A DNA stretch of 61,776 nucleotides from Macrostomum lignano (Eukaryota), in NCBI GenBank assembly GCA_002269645.1, contig NIVC01004072.1:1-61776 (forward strand), in the 5' to 3' direction. Below the pieces are notes generated by a model. The model saw only the letters and a list, made by a program, of their open reading frames with translations. It had not been told where the DNA came from and searched no databases. Position numbers and translations under genes: made by a program. Shown here in pieces: positions 32,569-55,286 of this stretch (positions are counted from its first letter, which is position 1; each line of letters opens with the position of its first letter).

Positions 32569-34720
32569 TTAAGCTCGCGTGGCTCGATCTTTGCTATGGT
32601 GGGTTCGGTACATCTGCTCAACGAGATGCGAAGCAAAATGCGCAGCTGAAGTTCCTCGCATTGACTTGAATTTCACTTTGCTGTTACCCCAGAAACCTTC
32701 AATGCGGTTAGTATGCACGTCACGCACCTCAGAATTACGAGTTATTGTCACTTTTGAAGGCCTCCTTGTGTGACACAGTCCAGTGCGTATAGCCCAAGTC
32801 TTCCATTTTCAGGTACGCTGACCACCCGTCACTAAAAATCGCCGTTCCTGGCTGTGCACAAATTTTTGGATGATCGGCAGAAGTGTCTCCGCGGATCTGT
32901 CCAATACAGGCCAAATGATACAACGTCCCTCATCACGGTCGACCCAAGGACTTCTAGACTAACAGGACGTAAAACTCAAAAATCGTGCAATTTTTTGGAG
33001 GCCACGATTTCCTGGAAAAAATACACTGCGAAGATAGGAAAAAATCAGTTTTTCGTCACAAAATCTGTGATTTCATTCGATCTGGGGCAGTGAAGACCAC
33101 CATTCTTTCAATTTAGCATGCACAACATGTTACTCTATTATATTTTCATATAGCTATGTAGTGAAGTTTTAATTTTCATATTGTTTTCACTTTATTTCAT
33201 AAGCCCAAAGTTGCAAATACTCACAAGTGGCATTAGCCAAATATCAAATTCAAGAAAAGAAAAGCTTTTCAAATTTGTAATATAATAATTTTTTTAGCCT
33301 TTAAAATAAAAATTATAAAAATACTAATCAATGTTTTTTCTTAAGTTATAGATGGTTAAACCTAGTAAAAATGGTTAGGGCCTATTTTTGTGATTAAGTC
33401 TATTCTTCTTAAATCTTAGTCTTAAATATAGGTTTGGCTTAAAAACTGATAATACAGCTTTCTCAAGCCTAGGTAAACAACAATATGAAACTATGTATTG
33501 GTAATCTATATATAATAAAAAAATCTTTGTCTAAATTTAATTACTTATTAGGCTAGATAGTGCAGTGATAGGTCTAGTTCTAGTAGGCCTAGGAATTAGT
33601 ATAGTTACTAAACCTACAATAATAGCTTAAGACTAAGAGTACCTACATGCAATGTTTTTATACTTTATTTAAAAAAGAACAATTCACAAAAAGTTTGGCT
33701 AATGCCACTTGTGAGTTTGCAACTTTGGGCATAAGAAATAAAGTGAAAACAATATGAAAATTAAAACTTCACTACATAGCTATATGAAAATATAATAGAG
33801 TAACATGTTGTGCATGCTAAATTAAAAGAATGGTAGTCTTCACTGCCCCAGATCAAATAAAATCACAGATTTTGTGACGAAAAACTGATTTTTTCCTATC
33901 TTCGCAGTGTATTTTTTCCAGGAAATCGTGGCCTCCAAAAAATTGCACGATTTTTGAGTTTTACGTCCTGTGGGTCGACCATGCCGAACACCCATACCTG
34001 GCAGCCTTTTCGGGCTCCTTTATTGTACTTCATTTTTCTTCCGAAAAGGCTTTCGTCAATTTCGACGGTGTGACCAACACCACCAATCATATATGATGCT
34101 GTCACGTTGAGTCTTGAACTGCACTCGCACATTATGTCGCGACAGTATATATATAGTTCGACCACTGTACGGCAGCTTCCGACTCCAGTCCATACATCGC
34201 CTGTAGAGACCTGTGCATGAGGAAAAATGAATAAGCATACATTAATTACTACATGTCTGAGGCACCCCCCCTCAGCTTCGGTTTACGATCATTTAAATGG
34301 GATTACTACATGTAAATGATCGTGAACCAAAGCTAGCCATGTATTGAGATAGCTACAAGCTTTATATGAAATCAATCAGTATCTCGATACATGGCTAGCT
34401 TCGGTTCACGATCATTTACATGTATCGCTTCCATTTAAATGATCGTAAACCGAAGTGGATATGGGGGCTTTACTCACTTCTGTGACACACCAAAGTAGGT
34501 AGTGCGTGATGAGGCCACGACGTCCATCGGGTTTAACTTCGACCCTTCGAAAAAGGAGAATTTTCGGATGGAAACCCGTTTCTCATGGGCACCAAATGGA
34601 GATTTACTGTTGGCTTTACAGCGAAAGACGAAGCCATCCGTAGTATTGCGGGCAGGCTTTATTTTCATTGCAGTCTCGCATGTTGGACACTGCAGTGTCT
34701 TTGCGAGGAGACCTTCGGAT
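32569..34720 (-). pseudogene. Merlin (IS1595/ISXO2-like) DDE transposase, fragmented
   Basis: DGFVFRC...SIRKFSFFEGSKL; VEIDES...WVFGMVD|RDEG...DRSAETLLPII; IFSDGWSAY...THWTVSH; HTNRIEGFW. Broken by frameshifts and a 1-kb insertion. Confidence 0.85.
32945..33972. mobile_element. MITE (~1.03 kb, ~280-bp TIRs) inserted in the Merlin transposase
   Basis: TIRs CAGGACGTAAAACTC...GAGTTTTACGTCCTG. The 8-bp direct repeat GGTCGACC (32937-32944, 33973-33980) splits the MVD|R codons. Confidence 0.8.
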
Positions 34721-37700
34721 TGAAGAATGGTAATCCAATTCTCCTAATATCTATAAATCTAGTGGAGACACTAGATCTTCTATTCCGTTTCTTTCTAGTG
34801 CACCAAAAATGCCTGGTTTTTCAATTTTCAACCAGGCCATTATCGCTGAAATGGAAATTTACATGAAGATCGTGAACAGAAGTGCGAGTGAAAAAAATGA
34901 TAACCAAAGGAATGCCACATTTATATAGTTATAATACGGCTTTTCTTAGAAGTACTTTAACTAGTATCAAAGTCTGTTTTTCTTTCTTGTGAGGTGGGGG
35001 TGGAGAAGAATTTAATAACTTTTGGAAACTCTCGGTTTCAAAATATTTGTTGACACCAGTGAGGTGGGGCGGATTCCTCGTTTGAATTGCCGCCGGCGTT
35101 GTAGAAGCACGAATAAAGCCGGAAAATGCACGAATTGATGCGCTGATTCTTCTCCTTGGTTACTCCGTCTGCCGGGTCCTCAATTCCGGGGGGAGGGTAG
35201 TCGTAATCGCAGTCGAGCGGTCTAGTAGCGGCCCGAGTCGTTCAGAATGCGTTCTCAGACACCGTAAACTCGTAATTCGTCGAGATTGCTAGTTGTGTTA
35301 CTCTCAGTAGTAAAAGTAGCGCTGCCACCACCGTAAATGTCGTTTTACGGAACGTTGAGGGTCTCAGAGCTTTCTTTGAGTTGAGACTGATTGGTTATTT
35401 TACGCCCCGCGGGCAAAGAACTCAATATAAACTAGAGGCTTCGATTAAGACCGACTGGATAAATATTGATATAAAGCTTACTATTATTGCTCGTTATTTA
35501 TTATCGATTAATTTTGCGGTAGTCAGTGATTAAGAAATTGTTATTACTCACGAAGTTAATTGAATAAAAGACAAGCTAATTGACAAATAAATGAAGTTAG
35601 GCGATAGAGTAATTGTTACACACTACAATTAGACGGATGATTACGAGACAGTGCCGTGCAACTATCAGAAAACTAACAAGGCAAAGTTAAGTCACGGCCT
35701 ATAAGATCAAACTAAAACAACCAAGAAGAAAGAAGAAAAGGGGGGAAGGGGTTGACAAACTAAAGCAACGCCAAAGATTAAATACCAAAAGAACGCAAAA
35801 AAAACAATCAGGGGGACACCAGAGGGAACACAGGGGGGAACACCGGTGGGAAAAGTGGACAAACCGGGGTGGAAAACGGCAAAACAAAGCGGGACCAAGG
35901 GAAGGGGCAACCGATGGACCGGAGGTGGGAACAACGGGGGGAAGAAGACAGTTCAACCGGAAGAGCCGAAATGACGTCAAAGAATCGTCCGCCGGGTGGA
36001 GGCGTTCCGCGCGTCGCAAACTGTTGCCGAAGCCCCAGTGGTAGACCGGCCTACCACACTTGAAACCTCATCAATCATTAAGTGATAAGAGCTTCTAAGG
36101 CTTATTATCCTTTGTAAAAATAAAAAAAAACTTTTTCTACTTTTGACTTTCCATAGTAGAACTGTAGAATTTCACTGATTATGTCAATTTTTTTAATTGT
36201 CAAAGTAATTTGCTTTCAATTTTAATGTTATTATTATTTATTTATTCATATTAGGCCTAGGCTTTCATGACTACGAGTATTTCATCACACCACAGTTCTA
36301 TTCTAATAGGGCCTAATATTTAATAATTTTATCATAACTTTAATCAGGTCAACTTTGCCTATCAAATTTTAATTTCTATCTAGCAGTTTAACAATATCTT
36401 TATAGATAGGCCTAACAAATGACAGTGACAATTTTAGTTTTAATTTTCTTAACTTAGGCCTAAGTAGCTAGGTCTATTCTATATGTATTTATAACCTGTC
36501 TTGAATAAGTCTTTACTAAGAATAAAATAAAGATTAGAATTAACAATTTTAAGTTTATTATTTTATTGGCCTAGTCCAATAATAAACAGTTAGGCCTAGG
36601 CCTAGCCTAGGCCAAAGCCAAGGTCTAGCTAATAGCTTATTTTTTAATAAGAAAGATGTTACATTTGTTTTATAGATATAAGGAAATTGGTTAGTTTCAC
36701 TTAAAAAACACTTTTTATATTTAGCTAAGTGCTTAAATAAAAAATTCAAGATATTACCACTTTAATTCTGTATTGACTATCTATAGTCTAGGCATAGCTA
36801 GTTAATTTTTTTTTTCTAATACTAATATAAAAAATTGACAATTTTCTTATTTTATAAATAATTTTTTTCATTAGAAATGAAACAATTGTAAGATAAACTT
36901 CTTAAAACAATAGAAAATATAAAAGTAGGTCTCCAAAACTTTTCCAATCCCTAAAAAATGAGATATTTAAAATTGTATTAAAATGTGACAGAACTAATAT
37001 GAAATTATTATAGAACTGTCTTTGGACTATGGTCAAAACTGTGGGCTTAAAGGCAATTAAAAGTGATAAGAATAAATAGCTTTTATACCTAAAGCAATTT
37101 CTAATCTAAGTCAGTTTAGCTGAGGTTTATAGTTGCTTTTTATTTTGTGTAATTATATTGCAATGTTATTCATTTGCAAAAAATATTTTATATACTAAAT
37201 CCACCTATACTAATTGTCTAAAGTCTGTCTGTGGAATTTCACTCTACAGATTGAATGCCTCAACCATTTTAACCACGTTTTCTGCAAAACATTGCAAATT
37301 GTTGGCCATTGTACCAATAAAATTTCTTTAATTTGCTTCAATGATAAAGGTATTAATAAAATATTCAAAAAATGTGTTTTACCAATGCTTTCAATAGGAG
37401 GCTAGAAAAGGTCAAAATCTCGACTGACTGAATTTCAATTCCAATTGAGATTGCGCCATAGCAATTTCTTTCTCCACTGTGCAAGCTTCAATATTGGCTG
37501 CAGTGTGCAAGGGAGAGAAAAAATGTTCAGTGGCTGCGTGTGTACATTCTGACCCTGGCTGACTGGCGCACTGCATAGACAATTGCTATTTATAGATTTT
37601 ATTCAACTGTGCATTGGCTCTGCCTGTGCACTGAGCAACCTATCACTGCTATGTATTTGACTGCAATGCCAAAGCTTATATTGCTAATGTTCTCGCCTTT

Positions 37701-38399
37701 CCATCAATAGGCAGAGTAGCCACACTATAGTCATTAGGTTTAGGCTAGGCCTAAGGTCCTAGGTTTGAGTCCACCTTGCTGCGAACAAATAATTTTTTTG
37801 TTAATTAATTTTTATTTGTAACTTATGCATCAACCATTTGAAACATCTTTTGATTAATAGCGATTGGAGAATTTTTTATTAAGTAGCAATTAATTATTTT
37901 AATTAATTTTGTAATTTCTGCATTGACCAATTAAAACATCTTTCAATTAGTAGCAATTAGAGCATTTTTATTAAGTAGCAATTAATTATTTTTGCTAATT
38001 GGCACCAGTCACTAAGCAAATTTGATTTGTAAAACTGCTTCAAGTGTTGCTGATCTCATCAATGGCACAGCTAATCCTGAGTTGTGCTAAAGTCTGCCGA
38101 TATATATCAAATACTGATTAGTGAGTCAATTAGCTGAGCAATTTTTCAATTGTTGAAAGGATCATTGCAAGTTCACTGAGGAGACTGAGGAGCCAGCTGA
38201 GAGGAGAACTGCGTGCAGAATGTGTTGTAGAGGCAAAGCCTAAGAGGTTGGAAATTGAAATCTGCCTTGAAGCAGAAATTTATCCCTGTTACTCGCAACA
38301 ATAATGGTGTCTCCTCCAAAGCAGATTGATCCAGATTTTTTTGAAATCTTCTTTTAATGATATTATTCCGGGACTCCATTAATCTTCTAGAGTGAAGGA

Positions 38400-39830
38400 G
38401 CGGTGCTTAATCTGGGGAGTGGTACTAATCTGGGAGAGTGGTGCTAATCTGGGGGAGCGATGCTAATCTGGGGAGTGGTGCTAATCCGGGGGTGGTGCTA
38501 ATCTGAGGAGCGGTGCTAATCTGAGGAGCGGTGCTAATCTGGGGAGCGGTGCTATTCTGGAAGAGTGGTGCTAATTTGGAGCAAAGTGGGGCTAATCTGG
38601 GCTGAGGTAGTGCTAATCTAGGGGAAGGGAGTGGGGCTAATCTGGAGGGAAGTAGTGTTAATCTGGGGAGTAGTGCTAATCTTGGGGTCAATAGTGCTAA
38701 TCTGTGGGGAGTTAGTGCTAATCTGGGCTGAGGTAGTGCTAATCTCGGGGAGGGGAGTGGGGCTAATCTGAGGTGAGGTAGTGCTAATATGGAGCAAATT
38801 GGGCTAATCTGGGGGAGTAGTGTTAATCTGGAGGGGGTGGGGCTAATCTGGGCAGAGTGCTGATTTTGGGGTAAGTGGTGCTAAACTTGGGGGTGAGACT
38901 TGCTAATCTGGGCGGAGTGCTAATCTGGAAAGGAGTTGTGTTAATGTGGGGGATTAGCACTAATCTGGAAGAGTAGAGCTAATCTAGAGCAAAGTGGGGC
39001 TAATCTGGGGTGAGGTAGTACTAATCTGGAGAGCGAAATGGGGCTAATCTGGGGTGAGGTAGTGCTAATCTGAGGGAGCGAAATGGGGCTAATCTGGGCT
39101 GAGTCCTAATCTAGAAGGGAGTTGTGTTATTTCGAGGGAGTAGCGCTAATTTGGGAGAGTAGTGCTAATTCAATAATGCTAATTTGGAGAAGTGGTGCTA
39201 ACCTGGGGGAGGAGAGTCTAATCTGGGGAGTAGTGCTAATCTGGAGGGGAACTTGGGAAAGTAGTGCTAATCTGGAGGGGAACTTGGGAAAGTAGTACTA
39301 ATCTGGTGGAGTAGTGCTAATCTGGAGAGGAGTTGTGTTAATTTGGGGGATTAGCGCTAATCTGGGGGAGTAGAGCTAATCTGGAGCAAAGTGGGGCTAA
39401 TCTGGGGTGAGGTAGTACTAATCTGGGGGAGCGAAATGGGGCTAATCTGGGATGAGGTAGTGCTAATCTGGGGGAGCAAAATGGGGCTAATCTGGGGTGA
39501 GGTAGTACTAATCTGGGGGAGCGAAATGGGGCTAATCTGGGTGAGATAGTGCTAATCTGGGGGAGCGAAATGGGGCTAATCTGGGGGGAGGTAGTGCTAA
39601 TCTGGGGGAGCGAAATGGGGCTAATCTGGGCTGAGTCCTAATCTAGAAGGGAGTTGTGTTATTTTGAGAGAGTAGCTCTAATCTGGGAGAATAGTGCTAA
39701 TTCAATAATGCTAATTTGGAGAAGTGGTGCTAACCTGGGGGGGAGAGTCTAATCTGGGGGAGTAGTGCTAATCTGGAGGGGAACTTGGGGAAGTAGTGCT
39801 AATCTGGCGAAGTAGTGCTAATCTGGGGAG
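38400..39830. repeat. G-rich degenerate satellite (core GCTAATCTGGGG)
   Basis: Dozens of variant units. Confidence 0.9.
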
Positions 39831-40859
39831 AGTAGAGCAATTTTGATGGTAGTCATTGTGTCAGGTTTTTGCACAATTATTGCGAAATTTAATATTGCTA
39901 AAACAAGACTACAAGTGTAACTTATACAATAAAATAACGAATAATGATAAGAGAACTATAAATGAATTGACATTGCAAAGTTACAAACATTGTGAAATGT
40001 AACTTTTTAGAGCTTTTTTTAGTCTCACTAGAATTAATATAAAACTGCTTAGAGATTTTCTACTGCAGAAACTACTTATAGATTAGTTGGTACTTGCTCA
40101 GTGACTATGCAAAACTGCTTATAGACAAGCGCTACTGCTAAGAAGCCACCCGAAGGGGGGCTAAATGGCTAGTTTTTACTAAATTTTTCCTTTTAAATGC
40201 ATATTGGCAAGTCATGGGACCCTCACTAAAGTTCCTAAATAAATTAAAGCCATTTATTATGTTATTACCAGATATTAGTAGAATTTCTAGGTAAATGTTT
40301 AAGATAATAAGTTTATTTATTCAAAAGCTAAGCCTATGATAAGTCTATATACTTTTTTATAAAAAAATTTATAATCATTTATAAAAATTGTTTTAATATA
40401 ACCAGACTTTTCTATATCTATATCTATAGCCATATCTATTTTTCCTATAACCTATCTTATCTATATCTATTTCCATAGATAACTAATTTGTTCTTACTTC
40501 TATAACATTTAATGATGTTAAATCTGATAATAATAGCTATTTATCATTCACTGTAATATAATGATAAAATGTGGCATAATAGCAAAATTTTACCTATGTT
40601 AATTTTTGCTATTAATTGACATTGTTCAATAATGCATATGGATCTATTGCTTAAGTCTTTGATCTTAAGTACTTAAGATCTTAATTTTAGCTCCCTATTA
40701 TCCTTTCTACACAATGTATATATAGAGTTTAAAAAATCTAGATAATCTTGGTATTGTCACTGTCAAGAGCCTCGCCATATATTTTATGGTAGAGAGAAAA
40801 AGTGAAAAATTCTACACAACTATTCCTACATTTTTTGGGAATCAGTGTTGTTAGCCCTC

Positions 40860-41345
40860 AGTTTTGGCGCCTCAGACACCCAATTTAGCGCCTGAGGCAC
40901 TCATTTTGGCACCATAGGCACTCATTTTGGCGCCTCAGACACCCAATTTAGCGCCTGAGGCACTCATTTTGGCACCATAGGCACTCATTTTGACGCCTCA
41001 GACACCCAATTTAGCGCCTGAGGCACTCATTTTGGCACCATAGGCACTCATTTTGGCGCCTCAGACACCCAATTTAGCGCCTGAGGCACTCATTTTGGCA
41101 CCATAGGCACTCATTTTGACGCCTCAGACACCCAATTTAGCGCCTGAGGCACTCATTTTGGCACCATAGGCACTCATTTTGGCGCCTCAGACACCCAATT
41201 TAGCGCCTGAGGCACTCATTTTGGCACCATAGGCACTCATTTTGACGCCTCAGACACCCAATTTAGCGCCTGAGGCACTCATTTTGGCACCATAGGCACT
41301 CATTTTGACGCCTCAGACACCCAATTTAACGCCTGAGGCACTCAT
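40860..41345. repeat. 63-bp tandem repeat
   Basis: TTTTGGCGCCTCAGACACCCAATTTAGCGCCTGAGGCACTCATTTTGGCACCATAGGCACTCA repeated about 7-8 times. Confidence 0.92.
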
Positions 41346-41466
41346 CTTTAACGCCCTGTAGCAAAAGTCCCCCTGGTGATGACGCCCCCTGCTCGCTGTT
41401 TATCTACTTTTGAATTCGGCACTCTCAGACTCGCTTATCTCCTCTGCACTGCAGCCAACTGTCGGC

Positions 41467-44532
<3,066 letters not shown>

Positions 44533-44619
44533 TCGATTCATAAGCAATTTGCTGAGCTCTTGATTGCCAAGTTTTGAGTCCCTAAAGCACAAGAATAGAG
44601 AAATCCGTGACTCCACTAT

Positions 44620-45770
44620 GGAGAAATCCGTGACTCCACTATGGGGAAATCCGTGACTCCACTATGGAGAAATCCGTGACTCCACTATGGGGAAATCCGT
44701 GACTCCACTATGGGGAAATCCGTGACTCCACTATGGGGAAATCCGTGACTCCACTATAGGGAAATCCGTGACTCCACTATGGGGAAATCCGTGACTCTAC
44801 TATGGGGAAATCCGTGACTCCACTATAGGGAAATCCGTGACTCCACTATGGGGAAATCCGTGACTCCACTATGGGGAAATCCGTGACTCTACTATGGGGA
44901 AATCCGCGAGCCGCGACTCCACCATGGGGAAATCCGTGACTCCTCTAGGGTGAAATCCGCGACTCCACAATGGGGAAATCCGTGACTTCATTATGTGGAA
45001 ATCCGTGACTCCACAATGGGGAAAACCGCGACTCCACTATGGGGAAATCCGCGATTTCACTATGGGGAAATCCGTGACTCTACTATAGGGAAATCCGTGA
45101 CTCCACTATAGGGAAATCCGTGACTCCACTATGGGGAAATCCGTGACTCCACTATGGGGAAATCCGTGACTCCACTATGGAGAAATCCGTGACTCCACTA
45201 TGGGGAAATCCGTGACTCCACTATGGGGAAATCCGTGACTCCACTATGGGGAAATCCGTGACTCCACTATAGGGAAATCCGTGACTCCACTATGGGGAAA
45301 TCCGTGACTCTACTATGGGGAAATCCGTGACTCCACTATAGGGAAATCCGTGACTCCACTATGGGGAAATCCGTGACTCCACTATGGGGAAATCCGTGAC
45401 TCTACTATGGGGAAATCCGCGAGCCGCGACTCCACCATGGGGAAATCCGTGACTCCTCTAGGGTGAAATCCGCGACTCCACAATGGGGAAATCCGTGACT
45501 TCATTATGTGGAAATCCGTGACTCCACAATGGGGAAAACCGCGACTCCACTATGGGGAAATCCGCGATTTCACTATGGGGAAATCCGTAACTCCAGTATG
45601 GGGAAATCCGTGACTTCATTATGGGGAAATCCGTGACTCAACAATGGGGAAATCCGCGACTCCACTGTGGGGGAAATCCGCGACTCCACCATGGGGAAAT
45701 CCGTGACTCCACTGTGGGGAAATCCGTGACTCCTCTATGGGGAGATCCGTGACTCCACTATGGGGATATT
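44620..45770. repeat. 23-bp minisatellite
   Basis: Unit GGGGAAATCCGTGACTCCACTAT. Confidence 0.95.
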
Positions 45771-46189
45771 TGTGACTCTTAAGTCCCACCTTTGTCTTTC
45801 CTCTGCCAACCATCCGTTTTTTGTTTAGCTAGGGATCCATCGGGTACGTGTGCTCAGCCTTTTTGCACTGTCTGTTGTGAACTTTTCTAGCCTAGATTTC
45901 GTGCCGTGTTTTAGTTTTATTCCATACTGTCTAAGATCTAGAGTAAATTCGTTTTGATAGAATAATGCTTTCACCATCTTTACTTGTTAATCCTACACCG
46001 ATTTTCTGTGCCTTGTTTTATTGTAATTTGTTTCTGTTCTTGTTCTACTAATGTTTAACTTGTTCCTATATTTCTTCTGTACTTAATGTTAATCATTGCC
46101 TAAAGCTTTTCAATGTAAGGAGATCCAGGTCAAGGACAAGGAGCCGTCTAAAAGATTCCCCTTGTAGATCATATAAATCTCGTCAGATA

Positions 46190-47880
46190 CTACCTGAAGG
46201 TTTGTCAGACACTATTTGAAGGATTGTGAGACACTATCTGAAGGATTGTCAGACAATATCTGAAAGGCTGTCAGACACCATCTGATAGGTTGTCAGACAA
46301 TATCTGGAGGGCTGCCAGACACCGTCTGAAAGGTTGCCAGGCACCATCTGATAGGTTGTCAGACAATATCTGGAAGGCTGCCAGACACCGTCTGAAAGGT
46401 TGCCAGGCACCATCTGATAGGTTGTCAGACAATATCTGGAGGGCTGCCAGACACCGTCTGAAAGGTTGCCAGGCACCGTCTGAATGGTTGTCAGACACCA
46501 TCTGGAAGGTTGTCAGACACCATCTGAAAGGTTGTCAGACACCATCTGAAAGGTTGTCAGACACCATCTGGAAGGTTGTCAGACAATATCTGAAAGGCTG
46601 TCAGACACCATCTGATAGGTTGTCAGACAATATCTGGAGGGCTGCCAGACACCGTCTGAAAGGTTGCCAGGCACCATCTGATAGGTTGTCAGACAATATC
46701 TGGAAGGTTGTCAGACAATATCTGAAAGGCTGTCAGGCACCATCTGATAGGTTGTCAGACAATATCTGGAGGGCTGCCAGACACCGTCTGAAAGGTTGCC
46801 AGGCACCATCTGAAAGGTTGTCAGACACCATCTGGAAGGTTGTCAGACACCATCTGAAAGGTTGTCAGACACCATCTGGAAGGTTGTCAGACACCATCTG
46901 AAAGGTTGCCAGGCACCGTCTGAATGGTTGTCAAACACCATCTGGAAGGTTGTCAGACACCATCTGATAGGTTGTCAGACAATATCTGGAGGGCTGCCAG
47001 ACACCGTCTGAAAGGTTGCCAGGCACCATCTGATAGGTTGTCAGACAATATCTGGAGGGCTGCCAGACACCGTCTGAAAGGTTGCCAGGCACCATCTGAT
47101 AGGTTGTCAGACAATATCTGGAGGGCTGCCAGACACCGTCTGAAAGGTTGCCAGGCACCATCTGATAGGTTGTCAGACAATATCTGGAGGGCTGCCAGAC
47201 ACCGTCTGAAAGGTTGCCAGGCACCATCTGATAGGTTGTCAGACAATATCTGGAGGGCTGTCAGACACCATCTGGAAGGTTGTCAGACACCATCTGAAAG
47301 GTTGTCAGACAATATCTGGAGGGCTGCCAGACACCGTCTGAAAGGTTGCCAGGCACCATCTGATAGGTTGTCAGACACCATCTGGAAGGTTGTCAGACAC
47401 CATCTGAAAGGTTGTCAGACACCATCTGAAAGGTTGTCAGACACCATCTGGAAGGTTGTCAGACAATATCTGAAAGGCTGTCAGACACCATCTGATAGGT
47501 TGTCAGACAATATCTGGAGGGCTGCCAGACACCGTCTGAAAGGTTGTCAGACACCATCTGGAAGGTTGTCAGACAATATCTGAAAGGCTGTCAGACACCA
47601 TCTGATAGGTTGTCAGACAATATCTGGAGGGCTGCCAGACACCGTCTGAAAGGTTGCCAGGCACCGTCTGAATGGTTGTCAGACACCATCTGAAAGGTTG
47701 TCAGACACCATCTGGAAGGTTGTCAGACACCATCTGAAAGGTTGTCAAACACCATCTGAAAGGTTGTCAGACACCATCTGAAAGGTTGTCAGACACCATC
47801 TGGAGGGCTGTCAGACATTATCTGGAGGTCTGTCAGACATTATCTAAAAGTTTGTCAGACACCATCTGATAGATTGTCAG
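46190..47880. repeat. 22-bp minisatellite with a 66-bp higher-order repeat
   Basis: TCTGAAAGGTTGTCAGACACCA variants in a three-unit period. Confidence 0.93.
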
Positions 47881-48799
47881 GTGGTATCTGATGGGTAGTC
47901 AGTGAAGAGTTTTCAGACTGTAATGCCAGCAGCAGCAGCAGCAGCACACAGTGCTAAATTACATCCAGTATAGCCTAGTGCCAAACCTGACTATTATTCC
48001 AATTCTATCTGCTGATTTTCCTATATGAATATATATTTCCTATATGTGTTTCTGTTTGAACCATTTACTGATCTCAGATTTAATTTTCTTTATTGGTTGA
48101 GGCGTTGCCTTGACTCGCTTAAGGCGTTTCTATTTATAATTCAGACAAGGCCGTTTCCAATAAAGAATCGAATTAATAATTTATCTATGGCTATAATTTA
48201 TCAGTCTTGTTTCATAGCTTATGCTAGTCTGTAGAGTTTGCTGTTAATACACTCATAATTAGACAGTATATTTCATTATTTCATTATTATGAGCATACAG
48301 AGAAACTAAGCATCTGAGCTGTACTCAAATAAGTTTGACGTTAAAATACTGTAATTCAATTACTTGGTAAGTCCAATACCGAGAGTTTTTATTACCATTG
48401 TATTGTACCATTCTTTTATTTAACCAATTTTTCTGAGTACAGCATTCATTATGATACTTACTACACTTATTTATAGTGGAAGTAAAATGCGTCTGTGCAT
48501 TTACTTTCGTTGGTTGTATGCGGTGTTTTTATCGAAATAGAACGATAAAGTCTTTTGTACTTTTTTAGCATGACTGCTTGTAATCTACTCGTAGGCCCGA
48601 GTTCTATGCCAAACTATGCTGCTTCTTGGCGTATCGTGGATTTAAATAAAAACTATTTACTGTTTCTGATTTCTGTCTCAGATAGTGCTTTCCGTTTTCT
48701 CTGCTCTCATCTACGGGGTAGCTGTGATCCAGTCAATGTGACCTTCCAGCGACCCCACCCCTACAGCATCTTAATAGATTTTTTATTACACCTGCCCTA

Positions 48800-49050
48800 A
48801 TTGGAAGATTTGCAACCGACAGCTCAGCCGTAGCTAATGCGAAAGCTGCGTACGGCTGTTCAGTCCAAGGACTGGGGGGTCGCCACACACCCTCAGTTAC
48901 CCCAGCTAATGCTGGCACCCATTTTACAGCTGGGTGAACTGAAGCAATGCAGTGTCAAGGCTTTTGCTCAAGGACTAAGTGGGCCGAGAATCGAACCCCC
49001 GACCTTTCAGTCGTGAGTCAAACGCTCTAACCACTAGGCTAAAACTTCCA
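48800..49050 (-). mobile_element. tRNA-derived SINE with CORE-like body
   Basis: On the minus strand: A box TAGCCTAGTGG, B box GGTTCGATTC, then CCTTGAGCAA...CAGTTCACCCAGCTGTAAAATGGG, similar to the CORE domain. Confidence 0.6.
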
Positions 49051-49239
49051 CGGCAAAGTTATAATTAGCATAGAGTTTAGATCAGCAACTTTGCATGGTC
49101 TCAATTACTACTTGCAGTAGTTGAAACAGATATTTCAATAATTGATTACTACCATCCCGCCCCCTCCCAATTGAATTTTCAGCGCGCCAGCTGCACCAGC
49201 TAAGCAAATTTGACTGCCATCTAAACTCTAGCAAGCTAA

Positions 49240-54299
<5,060 letters not shown>

Positions 54300-55219
54300 G
54301 CAGCTTTCGAAATTGCTGGATGCCGAAGGATTTTGTGATTTCGGAAAGTAAAACTGAAACTAAATCGATTAGTTTTCTTAGTGTCTCGTGTGCTCGCTTT
54401 GTTTTTGAGTTATATATAACCTTTAAACTGGCGGCTTTGCTAAATTTAGTTTTCTCTCACTTTGATTTAATCACGGATGCTAGAGTAACTAGATGGGCCA
54501 CTCAACACGTTTGCGTGCAAGCTACTTTCAATTCAGTAGTAAGTTAAACAGAAGCATTTTAATGTATTTTTAAAGCCAAGGCTCAATTATTAGCTCTTAC
54601 AGTAAACCCTCCAACCGCGCCTTTCCACACTACCCCCTCGCCCCGCCCCAATTTTATTGCCTTTCTCGGAATTCCAGCCTAAAGCTGCTATGTACATTTC
54701 ATTGGACTGGCTAATGTACATTACTGCTGAACCAATTAGCAAGCTGTTTACGCCTGCAAGCTAGGGCTTCTAAACTTATCAAAGTTATTTTAGCTGTCTT
54801 TATTTTTATAAAATAGCTTATGTATTCTTTTTTGCTACTGAACTGAAAGTAGAAAGCTGTTTTACCAAGTGTATATGCCTGAGTAGCCCATCTAGTTATT
54901 TTAGAACCTGTGGAATTAACAAAGCGCCATTAACGAACAGCTCTGATTATATCTACTATTTAATGTTAGTTTTTTGTCCCGCAGACTTTTATTATTTGTA
55001 GTGAATATTTGTCTGTATCGAAGTTTTCACCCTTCATGCCCACCTTGTATGTTAGATTTTTTGTCCAGTCGTTTTTCTGTAATATTTATTTTTACTACTG
55101 CTGCGCTTTTAGCAGAGTAGTGTGAAACGCATATTTTTCTACGAGGCGGTTTTTCACCATCAGTAGGCTGGGCGGATTCTGTCACACTATCATAGCCATG
55201 CATGCATTAATATTAGTTA

Positions 55220-55286
<67 letters not shown>

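Noticed and set aside
34870-36060. Possible solo LTR or LTR-retrotransposon fragment (minus-strand TGT start near 36058, TGGTGTCA near 35055)
   Set aside because: No second LTR, TSD or gag/pol motif visible, so it cannot be supported.
46290-47583. ~200-aa repeat ORFs
   Set aside because: Translations of the 66-bp higher-order repeat.
48981-49041. tRNA gene
   Set aside because: A and B boxes are present, but acceptor and anticodon stems pair poorly and a CORE-like body follows; treated as a SINE.
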